Assembly (NCBI GenBank): GCA_965248445.1
Contig: CBDFJG010000003.1
Location: forward strand, 1,395,069-1,459,068
DNA from: Planctomycetota bacterium
Lineage (GTDB): Bacteria; Planctomycetota; JAJSAM01; JAJVHW01
Length of the DNA: 64,000 nucleotides
Direction of reading: 5' to 3'
Under the pieces are notes generated by a model that was not told where the DNA came from, ran no database searches, and saw only the letters and a program-made list of their open reading frames with translations. Below, in pieces: positions 7,848 to 17,732 of this stretch. Within the stretch, counting starts at the first letter, position 1, and the number at the start of each line of letters is the position of its first letter. Made by a program: the position numbers and the translations under genes.

Positions 7848-9400
7848 TGTGTCACTCCCGACTCACCCGTGACGTGAACGCGGTCGCCGTCGTCGAGCGT
7901 CACGTTCCGCGCGTCGATCACCGCGTCGCCCGGAGCCAGCCCCGTCAGGACCTGCGCCCAGCCGTCGCGCAGCGCGGAACTGACGGTCACCACGCGGCGC
8001 TCCGCAGTCGAGTTGCCCTCGTCGACGACGAACACCGCCGCGCTGTCGCCGACGCGGTCGAACAAGAGCGCCGCGGGCACGTACACGGAGACCCCGCGCG
8101 AGGGCGTCGCGCTCCCGCCAGTCGATGCAACGGAGCCGAGGAAGCGCACGCGCGCGAGCATCTCGGGCTTCAGGTCGTCGGTCGGATCCTCGATCGCGAC
8201 CTTCACCTGGATCGTGTTCTTCTGCACGTCCGCCTCGCGCACGATGCGCGTGACCGCGCCCTGGAACACCTGGTCGGGCAGGACTTCGACGATGACCTCG
8301 GCGCGCTGACCGACGCCCACGCCCGCGGCATCCGCGAGCGGCACGTCCACGCGCACCTGCAGCTTGGCCGGGTCGTAGAGATGGATCACGTGCGCGGAGT
8401 GCATCGAGTCCATCGCCATCATGACCTTCGCCCCGGGGGCCACGAGCCGGATCATCACGGCGCCGTCCTGCGGCGCGCGGATGACCATGCGGTCGAGACG
8501 GAGCTTTGCCTCGTCCCGCGCAGCGGCAAGCCCCTCGCGCTGTGCGGTGGCCCTCTCGACGGCTGCCTTCGCGGCCTCGAGCCGGCGCTTCTCCTCGATG
8601 CGCAGCTCGAAGTCGCGCTTGGCCGCGTCCCGCCTGGCCCGCGCGCCGTCGAGTTCAGCAACGAGGACCGACTTGCGCGCCTCGGACGCGGCGAGCGTGG
8701 CTTCGGCGGTCGCAAGCTTCAGCCGCGTCTGGGAGACGTCGAACCCGCCAGTTGCGCCGCCCGCGTGCTCGCGCTCCGCGCGCTGCAGGTCGTCGCGCAA
8801 TCGCGCAACCTCCGCGGCGTTCCCGGCGATCTTGCTCGCCAACTCGGCTTGATCGGAGACGACGCCGGCGACCTCAGCCTCGGTCTCGCGCACGGCGCGT
8901 TCCCGGGCGACGGGGTTGTCCCAGTCGCGCTGCGCGGCGTCGCGCTCGGCATTCGCAACGCCGACCGCAGCTGCCATCTCGGCGAGCTTCGCGTCCGCAC
9001 GGCGAAGCGCGATCTCGGCGTCGTCGGGCACCAGGCGCGCCACGGCCTGACCCTCCTTCACGTGGTCGCCCTCGAGCACCAGCACGTCCCGAACGACTCC
9101 GTCGGCCAACGCGGCGACGTAGATCGGGAACGGATCCGGTTCGACCCAGCCGGCCGCCTGCGCGACGACCGCGCCGGCCGCTGCCACCGGTCCGCCGGGC
9201 TGGTCGCGCACGACGACCTGCACCACCTCGACGTCGGTGCTCGGCAGGAGCGCGTCGCGGGCGGCGAAGAGCACGACACCGATGAACGCCGCAGCCAGCC
9301 CGAGCGGCAACACGACGCGCGTCCCGAAGCGACGACGCGGCGGTGCGATCTCGACCGCAGCGCGATCGCGGCGCAGTCCAGAGACGTCGGTGGCGGTCAT
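7838..9400 (-). CDS. HlyD/MacA-family periplasmic adaptor (membrane fusion protein)
   Basis: N-terminal TM (VVLPLGLAAAFIGVVLFA), lipoyl-like segment, long coiled coil rich in A/E/R, and a C-terminal beta-barrel. The ATG at 9400 forms an ATGA overlap with the ArsR stop; the track ORF extends further upstream. Confidence 0.85.
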   Translation of the reverse strand: MTATDVSGLRRDRAAVEIAPPRRRFGTRVVLPLGLAAAFIGVVLFAARDALLPSTDVEVVQVVVRDQPGGPVAAAGAVVAQAAGWVEPDPFPIYVAALADGVVRDVLVLEGDHVKEGQAVARLVPDDAEIALRRADAKLAEMAAAVGVANAERDAAQRDWDNPVARERAVRETEAEVAGVVSDQAELASKIAGNAAEVARLRDDLQRAEREHAGGATGGFDVSQTRLKLATAEATLAASEARKSVLVAELDGARARRDAAKRDFELRIEEKRRLEAAKAAVERATAQREGLAAARDEAKLRLDRMVIRAPQDGAVMIRLVAPGAKVMMAMDSMHSAHVIHLYDPAKLQVRVDVPLADAAGVGVGQRAEVIVEVLPDQVFQGAVTRIVREADVQKNTIQVKVAIEDPTDDLKPEMLARVRFLGSVASTGGSATPSRGVSVYVPAALLFDRVGDSAAVFVVDEGNSTAERRVVTVSSALRDGWAQVLTGLAPGDAVIDARNVTLDDGDRVHVTGESGVTQWL

Positions 9401-9753
9401 GACGCGATCCCGTTCGATAGCAGCGCGTGCACGCGCTCGGGCACGGCAGGAGCGTAGAACACGAAGCGGCCGTCGCTGCGCGACGTGAGCAGTCCGACCG
9501 CCTTCAAACGCCGCAGGTGCTGCGACGCGGTCGAGACGGGGATCTGCAGTGTGTGGGCCACGTCGCAGACGCAGCACTCCTCGAGTGCGACGAGATGAAG
9601 GACCGCGAGCCGCCCGGGGTGCCCGACGGCCTTGAGCGCACTCGCCCGCGAGGTCAGGCAGCCCTCCTCGGGCAGGGACTCCCGCAGCTTCTCGACCTTC
9701 TCCTCATGGAAGCAGAGGGCCTGTTCACCGGGTGTGGGGCATCTTTCTCTCAT
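9397..9753 (-). CDS. ArsR/SmtB-family metal-responsive transcriptional repressor
   Basis: HPGRLAVLHLVALEECCVCDVAHTLQIPVSTASQHLRRLKAVGLL: winged HTH with a CVC thiolate site in the alpha-3 position. First gene of the operon. Confidence 0.85.
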   Translation of the reverse strand: MRERCPTPGEQALCFHEEKVEKLRESLPEEGCLTSRASALKAVGHPGRLAVLHLVALEECCVCDVAHTLQIPVSTASQHLRRLKAVGLLTSRSDGRFVFYAPAVPERVHALLSNGIAS

Positions 9754-9761
9754 TACTGGAA

Positions 9762-9767
9762 ACTATA
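9762..9767 (-). promoter_or_regulatory. possible -10 box (TATAGT) of the arsR operon in an AT-rich patch
   Basis: Minus strand reads TTCTATAGTTTCCAGTAATG. TATAGT ends about 8 nt before the ATG, which would give a near-leaderless mRNA. No convincing -35 box. Confidence 0.25.
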
Positions 9768-9835
9768 GAACGAACGACGCAGGAGGGAAGTTCCCGTCCG
9801 AGTTTCCCCGGCGGGCGGGCGGCCCGGCCTCGGGC

Positions 9836-10000
9836 GTGGCAAACGTCTTGGTCAGAACGTCGAGACGCTGGCTCGCCGGTTCGGACAAGTACCGCGTCCG
9901 CCAGGGGGCCTACCGGATCGTCCACACGGTCCATGGCGACGTGATCACGGTGACCATCGTGCGCGACCGGCACCGGCGAGACGTCTACCGGCGATCGTAG
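9836..10000 (+). pseudogene. RelE/ParE-family toxin remnant (C-terminal half only), no antitoxin
   Basis: WLAGSDKYRVRQGAYRIVHTVHGDVITVTIVRDRHRRDVY matches the RelE/ParE C-terminal pattern (G..YRiRvGdYRiiY......v.V..vghRkdvY). The N-terminal half is unrecognisable. Confidence 0.55.
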
Positions 10001-10043
10001 CGCGATCGCGGGCCAGCCTACGTGGTACCGGTCCGCGCGGCTG

Positions 10044-11558
10044 TCAGCGGAACGGGAACGCGAGGATGTTGGTGGTCGGGCCGCCGAGGAAGACGCGGTC
10101 GTCGTAGACACCGTCGTGGCAGAACGTCACCCCGACTGCGCCGGGCTCCTTGCCGGCGAACACGGCCCCGTAGAGCCCCTCGTACTTCACGTGCACGTCG
10201 TCATTCACAATTGTCCCGTTCGCCCGGATGCGGCGGAAACGGACTTCGATGTCGTTGACGAAGACGACGATCGGCGCAATGAACTCCTCGCGGTCGGGAC
10301 TCCACGCAATCGTGCCGGCAATGCCGAACGGGTGAGAACTCGTTCCCGAAAGGTCCACTGCCGCTGGCGGAGTGATGACGCCCAGTTCCGTCAAGGGAAC
10401 GTACTGGGTGTTGGTCAAGTCGTCCTGCCGGATGTACTCGAACGCGACGATCACCGTCCCGTTGGGTTGCGCGGCCAGGTAGGGGGGATAGACCGCCTTC
10501 CAGGTAGCGCTGGATGCCACTACGAGCGAGGGGTGGAGGAGGGAGAGCGCGTCGTCAACGACCATGACGCGGTATCCGAGGGCAAGACCTGACGGCGGTG
10601 CCGTTGCATAACCGATGACCAACGTGTCGTCGGCCTGACGCACGATCGCCGGCGCGTGGATGAAGGAGACGGTGTCCTCCAACAGCAGCCGAGGACTGCC
10701 GGGTGCCAGCGTCCCGTCCGGCTGAACCCGCGCCCCCCACAGCCGGGCGATGGAGTTGGCGGAGAGATCGTCCTCGTCCCACACGACGATGTAGCCGCCG
10801 TCCACGGGATCAGCGGCGACGTCGAGGCGTGAGATGCGCGCTGACGATGCGAGCGGTAGGTCCACGACGACATCGCTGAGGTCGTTCTCTCGGACAATGC
10901 GGAAGTATGCATCGTCAACGCTGGTCGTCGAGTTCACGCTCGCCAGACCCCACGTCTTGTCCTTCTCGTTCCACGCGACCGTGGGCGAGAAACGCACGGC
11001 GCCGCTTCCGATCGGAGGATCGTTGACGGTCTCCTCGGCGAGGTACGTTGCCCCGTCGAGGCGCACGAAGCGCGCCGCCTGCCCCGCCGCCGACGCGGTC
11101 GCTCCGATGGCGAGCACGACACCGCTGCCGTTGTCGGTCATCGCCGCATCCGCGACGTATGCAGCCGCGAACCCGCCTGACGAGTACGGGGTCGCGATGA
11201 CCTCCGGGCCGGACTTCCCGAGCGCCTCGAACACCGCTTGCGACGTGGTCTCGCCCCCGTCGGGATCGCGCGCGGTGATCGAGTACGTCCCTGTCATGAA
11301 CGGCGCGAGTTGAAGATCGACTTCGACACGATCGTGCCTGAGACGCCGAACGGCGGTCGGGACGACGGCGGTCTGATCGGTGTCCCGCACGAACGTGAGC
11401 GTCGCGCTCGGATCGATCCCACCACCGGCAAGCGTGACCGTCAGCGGGACGTCGGGTCGAATGGGGTTCGGTGACACCGACCCCACGAACGGCAGACGAT
11501 TGTCGAGATCGAGAACTCCTGCCAGCACGAAGTCGTTTCCCAGCGGCGAGACGTCCAT
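10044..11558 (-). CDS. hypothetical protein with N-terminal IPT/TIG-like Ig domain and beta-rich C-terminal region
   Basis: 504-aa ORF. The VGSVSPNPIRPDVPLTVTLAGGGI...TGTYSITARDPDGGET segment looks Ig-like. No signal peptide at the annotated Met. The start is uncertain because of the 118-nt overlap with the upstream ORF. Confidence 0.6.
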   Translation of the reverse strand: MDVSPLGNDFVLAGVLDLDNRLPFVGSVSPNPIRPDVPLTVTLAGGGIDPSATLTFVRDTDQTAVVPTAVRRLRHDRVEVDLQLAPFMTGTYSITARDPDGGETTSQAVFEALGKSGPEVIATPYSSGGFAAAYVADAAMTDNGSGVVLAIGATASAAGQAARFVRLDGATYLAEETVNDPPIGSGAVRFSPTVAWNEKDKTWGLASVNSTTSVDDAYFRIVRENDLSDVVVDLPLASSARISRLDVAADPVDGGYIVVWDEDDLSANSIARLWGARVQPDGTLAPGSPRLLLEDTVSFIHAPAIVRQADDTLVIGYATAPPSGLALGYRVMVVDDALSLLHPSLVVASSATWKAVYPPYLAAQPNGTVIVAFEYIRQDDLTNTQYVPLTELGVITPPAAVDLSGTSSHPFGIAGTIAWSPDREEFIAPIVVFVNDIEVRFRRIRANGTIVNDDVHVKYEGLYGAVFAGKEPGAVGVTFCHDGVYDDRVFLGGPTTNILAFPFR

Positions 11559-12307
11559 TGAGTGATGTGTGGCGGGGCCTCGACGTTCTTGGCGACGACA
11601 ACCCGTCGCTTCACTGACGGAGCCTTCAGCTTGACCGTGGCGCGGAACGTACCGGGGCCGCCGGAGACGCGCAGTTGGTACGTGTCGAGTTCATCGAGGA
11701 GATGCGGGCCGAGCTTCACCTTGCCGGCCTTGGTCTGCACGTTGCCGATGAGCAGTTCGCCGCGGGAGTTCCGCACCTCCACGTTCGCGATGAACGAGGG
11801 GTTGCCCCGCGACTTGACCTGCAGTGTCATGGCCGAACCGGGAAGGGCGCCGAACTCGAACACCTCAACCGTTCCCGCGTCGGCGAGCGCTCCGTCGAAG
11901 CGGTGACGCTTGGGCGACGATCCCTTGACGCTGACGACCGCATCGCCCAGTCCGTCGGCAGCTCCGACTGTCAACCGCCAGAGCCCGGTGTCATCGAACG
12001 ACAGCTTCTTGATCGTCGCGGACTTCTTCGTCAGCTTGAGCGCCTTGCCGAGCACCACCGGGTCGCCACCCGGCGCGAGCAGCGAGAGCTCGGGCGACAC
12101 GTCGCCGCCCTTGGCTCGTTTGGCCTTGATCGTGACGCGCTGACCGGCAACGCCGGCAATGCCCAGCGACGGCTCGACCGCGCCGCCCAGCGTCACGGTC
12201 ACGCGGTCGCCGGGAAGGACGACCTGATCCAGCGTCTCACCGGCGAACACAGGCGCTGCCAGAAGGCAGATCGCTGTCGTCGCCGTCACCCTCCAAGGTC
12301 GGAGCAT
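11441..12307 (-). CDS. secreted hypothetical protein (signal peptide, beta-rich)
   Basis: GAGGAG 7 nt upstream of the ATG. MLRPWRVTATTAICLLAAPVFAGE signal peptide. The last ~39 codons are W/R/C-rich and overlap the next gene, so the true 3' end is doubtful. Confidence 0.6.
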   Translation of the reverse strand: MLRPWRVTATTAICLLAAPVFAGETLDQVVLPGDRVTVTLGGAVEPSLGIAGVAGQRVTIKAKRAKGGDVSPELSLLAPGGDPVVLGKALKLTKKSATIKKLSFDDTGLWRLTVGAADGLGDAVVSVKGSSPKRHRFDGALADAGTVEVFEFGALPGSAMTLQVKSRGNPSFIANVEVRNSRGELLIGNVQTKAGKVKLGPHLLDELDTYQLRVSGGPGTFRATVKLKAPSVKRRVVVAKNVEAPPHITQWTSRRWETTSCWQEFSISTIVCRSWGRCHRTPFDPTSR

Positions 12308-12365
12308 AGAAGTCTCCTCGACGAGTGGACCATCGTAGCGCCCCGACGCCCCTCGACGGCCGGTG

Positions 12366-12773
12366 TCACTCCCCTGGGGTTGACATTTCAGCCTCAGCGT
12401 GGAAGGCGAGCTTCTCGCAGTACCCTCGGACGCCCCAGGTGTCCCAGAACGGGCGGCCGCGCAGGGCGTCGGTGAAGCCCGTGATCGGGCCGCCGGCCGG
12501 TGCGACCAGAGTCGCGATCGGCCACAGGTTGCCGGGGTGGGCACCTACGAGCGGCGACACGATCGGATCGAGTAAGGGCACCAGGGTGTCGATGACGATG
12601 TTCGGCACCACGTTCACCGGGAACGCGAGCAGTGCCGCGGTGCACCCCCTTGTTTCGACGGCGCCGCACGTCACCCTGTACTCCGCACGCGAGTCCGGAG
12701 CCGGATCCGGCGGACAGTGCGTCGCGCAGCCAGCGACGACCAGAGTCGCGACGGCCGCGGCCGCGAGCCGCAT
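12366..12773 (-). CDS. lipoprotein, possibly YceK/YidQ-like (DUF1375)
   Basis: MRLAAAAVATLVVAGC lipobox. FPVNVVPNIVIDTLVPLLDP resembles the YceK DTLxxPxD motif. The start shares 1 nt with the lepB stop (TGATG). Confidence 0.6.
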   Translation of the reverse strand: MRLAAAAVATLVVAGCATHCPPDPAPDSRAEYRVTCGAVETRGCTAALLAFPVNVVPNIVIDTLVPLLDPIVSPLVGAHPGNLWPIATLVAPAGGPITGFTDALRGRPFWDTWGVRGYCEKLAFHAEAEMSTPGE

Positions 12774-14395
12774 CAGGGCAGGAAACGCGGTCGCCAGTCG
12801 GCGATCGGGGGGAACGGGAAGAAGATCACGAACGCGCGGCCGACCAGGTCGCGACGGCGCACGAACGGAGCCGGCACGTTGGTCTGCACGTCGGTTCCCT
12901 CGACCGGGACCTCACGCAGGACGCCCTCGACGTCCAGGAACCGCCACTTCCCGTCGTTCTGTTTCAGGCGGACGACGCGGCCGTCCTCGAGCTTGACGGA
13001 GTCTTCGGCCTTGTAGACCGTGCCGTTCGCCGTGGTGATCACGTTCACGTACCACTTGCGGCTGTCCTTCGAGCCGCCCACGTTGTCGCCGAGCATGAAG
13101 AACTCGTCCTTGCCGATCTTCCACTCCTTGCGCCCCTGGTACTCGATGTCGCGTTCGACACGGACGTCGTGGATCGCGCCCTTCCCTCCGCTGAATCCGA
13201 TGCTCGCCGCGCCCAATTGTGCGCCGCCGTTGCTCTTGTCCGCGGTCTCGATGCGCGCCACAAGACGGCCGTTCACGTAGAGGCGCGCGACGCGGTCCGC
13301 GACGCCGAGGCCGTACTCGGTCTCCGGATCGTCGGTCAGGCGCGCGTCCGGCACCGAGAGAGCGTCCATCCCGGGAGCGTCGAGCGTCCCGCCGTCGACC
13401 CCAAACGTCGCCTCGACGCGGCGGCGGCCGCCCTCGACGGTGATCTTCACCGCACCGGACTCCGCGCTGCGCTGGAGAGTCAGCTTCGCGTTGACGCGCA
13501 GGTCCTCTGCGCCGAGCGACTGGATGAACCGCACACGACTCGTCTGATCAGCGGGAACCTCGACGGTCGCAGCGTCCTTCCCGATCGACCAGGTCGCCAC
13601 CTGATCGTCCTGCTCCAACTCGGTAGAGAGGTCGTCCCGCGCGTTCGCCGCGCGGTACAGCGGGAACCAGAGCGTCTCCTGCACCTCCTCGGGCTTCGCG
13701 ACGACGTTGCCGTTGACGTAGATGTCTCCGTCACGGATCTCGAGCCTCTCTCCGGGCAGACCGACGAGGCGCTTGATGTAGTTCACCGGCCGGAACAGCG
13801 GGTACTTGAACACGACGATCGACCAGCGCGGAGGGTCGCCCAGGAACATCTGCACCTTGCTCGCGAGCAGACGATCGCCGGGCTTGTTCTTGCGCGCATT
13901 CGCCCCGAGGATCGTCGGCTCCATCGACGACGTCGGGATCTGGAAAGCCTCGTACACGAACGTCTTGACCGTGAGGGCGAGGATCAGCGCCATGGCGATG
14001 GCTTCGACGTTCTCGCGCACGTGGTCGGCACCCGTCATCTCAGGAGGCGGCGCGAGGTCGTCCTCGCCCGCGGGCCTGCGGACCCACGACAGCGCGCCCA
14101 TCGCGACGAACAGGAGCGACGCCACACCGGCCCAGGCCGCGCCAACCGCGAACTGAGCACCCGCGTGGACGATGAGCACGGCGAGCGACAGGCCGCCGCG
14201 CTCGGCGGTGAAGCGGGCGAGGAGACCCGCCACCACCAAGAGCGCCGTCGTGACGATCCGGTCCGACGACGTCTCGGTCCCCGCCGACGCGGCCTGTGGG
14301 AACAGGAAGTAGACCAGCAGCCCGAGGGTCACGAGCAGCGTCGAGGCGCGCCGTGCGGTCGTCGCCAGCCTGTCGGGCACGAGTACGTTCAACAT
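12773..14395 (-). CDS. lepB: signal peptidase I (S26 family), long form
   Basis: PTSSMEPT (catalytic Ser box), GDRLLASK, IVVFKYP, NYIKRLVGLPGERLEIRDGDIYVNG, FFMLGDNVGGSKDSR. Sits directly downstream of lepA, the classical arrangement. The ATG at 14395 was chosen ahead of the N-terminal TM region. Confidence 0.9.
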   Translation of the reverse strand: MLNVLVPDRLATTARRASTLLVTLGLLVYFLFPQAASAGTETSSDRIVTTALLVVAGLLARFTAERGGLSLAVLIVHAGAQFAVGAAWAGVASLLFVAMGALSWVRRPAGEDDLAPPPEMTGADHVRENVEAIAMALILALTVKTFVYEAFQIPTSSMEPTILGANARKNKPGDRLLASKVQMFLGDPPRWSIVVFKYPLFRPVNYIKRLVGLPGERLEIRDGDIYVNGNVVAKPEEVQETLWFPLYRAANARDDLSTELEQDDQVATWSIGKDAATVEVPADQTSRVRFIQSLGAEDLRVNAKLTLQRSAESGAVKITVEGGRRRVEATFGVDGGTLDAPGMDALSVPDARLTDDPETEYGLGVADRVARLYVNGRLVARIETADKSNGGAQLGAASIGFSGGKGAIHDVRVERDIEYQGRKEWKIGKDEFFMLGDNVGGSKDSRKWYVNVITTANGTVYKAEDSVKLEDGRVVRLKQNDGKWRFLDVEGVLREVPVEGTDVQTNVPAPFVRRRDLVGRAFVIFFPFPPIADWRPRFLP

Positions 14396-14411
14396 GCGTG
14401 GCGGGCCGTCC

Positions 14412-16237
<1,826 letters not shown>

Positions 16238-16241
<4 letters not shown>

Positions 16242-16855
16242 GCGACGCCCTCCGCCGCGAGCCACGTCGTGAGTTGCGCGCGCAGATCCGCGAGTGCGTT
16301 GGCGCGATGGCTGACGGCGTTCTTCTCCTCCGCCGTGACCTCCGCGAACGTCTTCCCAAGGGGCTCCACCAAGAAGTGCGGGTCGTAGCCGAACCCGCTC
16401 GTGCCGCGCGGCTCCTCGATCAGGACGCCTTCGCACGCCCCGTCCCCACGCAGCGCGATCGTGCCGTCCGGCCGCGCGAGCGAGACCACGCAGCGGAACC
16501 GGGCGAGCGGCCGTTCGAGCCCCGCCTCGCGAGCCTCGGCGATCAGCTTGCGGTTGTTGTCGAGGTCGGTCGCGCCCGGACCGGCGTAGCGCGCCGAGTA
16601 GACTCCGGGCCGGCAGTTCAGCGCCGGGACCTCCAAGCCGGAGTCGTCGGCCAGCGCGTGCAAGCCGGTGGACCGCGCCGCGTGCGTCGCTTTCAGATCG
16701 GCGTTCGCGGCGAACGTCGTCCCCGTCTCCTCCGCCGCCTCAAATGGCCGGTCGACGTCCGTGGGACCGAAGAAGCGCAGCGGTAGGTCCGCAAGCATGG
16801 TGCGCAACTCCGCGAGCTTGTGCGGATTGCCGGTGGCGAGAACGACGTCGATCAC
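16238..16855 (-). CDS. rdgB: non-canonical purine NTP pyrophosphatase (RdgB/HAM1 family)
   Basis: [23 protein letters not shown]...[23 protein letters not shown]. Confidence 0.9.
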
Positions 16856-17580
16856 CCGTTACCGCCCTCGCGCGCCGTGCGCTGCAGCCGGAACATCTCG
16901 CCGGCGCCGTGGTAGGCGAGGTCCACGAGTTCGTCGAGTCGGGAGCGCGGGAACGGGACGCCCTCGGCGGCGCCCTGGATCTCGACGATGTCGCCCGATC
17001 CGTCGATCACGACGTTCATGTCCACGTCGGCCGCAGCGTCTTCCTCGTACGGGAGATCGAGGCGCGGTTCGCCCTCGATCACACCGACCGATACCGCGGC
17101 CAGTTGTGTTCGCACGGGAGTTGACACGAGCAGCCCCTCGGCCACGAGCTTGTCGCAGGCATCGGCCAGCGCGACCCACGCGCCGGAGATCGCCGCGGTG
17201 CGCGTCCCGCCGTCGGCCACCAGGACGTCGCAGTCCACCCAGATCGTGCGCTCGCCGAGCGCCTGCATGTCGACGACGGCGCGCAGAGCGCGGCCGATCA
17301 GCCGGCCGATCTCGACGCCGCGTCCGTCGCGCTTGCCGCGCGTCGACTCGCGTGCCTTCCGCGGCTCGGTGGACCCGGGGAGCATCGCGTACTCGGCGGT
17401 CAGCCAGCCGGTTCCGCGGCCCCGCATCCAGCGCGGCACCGCCTCCTCGACCGACACCGTGCAGAGCACCCGCGTGCGGCCGGTCTCGACCAGCACGGAG
17501 CCGTGCGCCGAATCGGTGAAGGCCCGCACGAATCGTACGGTCCTGAGCTCGTCGTTGGCACGTCCGTCAGACCTGGGCAC
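16852..17580 (-). CDS. rph: ribonuclease PH
   Basis: [85 protein letters not shown]-type overlap with rdgB. Confidence 0.95.
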   Translation of the reverse strand: MPRSDGRANDELRTVRFVRAFTDSAHGSVLVETGRTRVLCTVSVEEAVPRWMRGRGTGWLTAEYAMLPGSTEPRKARESTRGKRDGRGVEIGRLIGRALRAVVDMQALGERTIWVDCDVLVADGGTRTAAISGAWVALADACDKLVAEGLLVSTPVRTQLAAVSVGVIEGEPRLDLPYEEDAAADVDMNVVIDGSGDIVEIQGAAEGVPFPRSRLDELVDLAYHGAGEMFRLQRTAREGGNG

Positions 17581-17732
17581 GCTGGATCTCTCCTGGGCGG
17601 ATCAAGCGGACACCGCCGTCCCCCGATCGAGCGGGCGATGATCCCATCCATGCGCGACCCCCCGTAGAAGCGGCGAGGGGTCCGCGCCGATGTCCGTCAG
17701 CACCGTACACGGACATTTGTCCGTCTCGGCTG

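Noticed and set aside
8506-9285. 259-aa plus-strand ORF made almost entirely of R, P and A
   Set aside because: It is antisense to the coiled-coil region of the HlyD adaptor, where Ala/Glu/Arg codon repeats generate open antisense frames.
17600-17732. Missing N-terminal radical SAM (CxxxCxxC) exon sought upstream of the IS1380
   Set aside because: Only about 150 bp separate the rph start from the IS. The in-frame restored peptide (MSVSTVHGHLSVSA) has no Cys motif, so the Cys-triad segment is absent rather than displaced.
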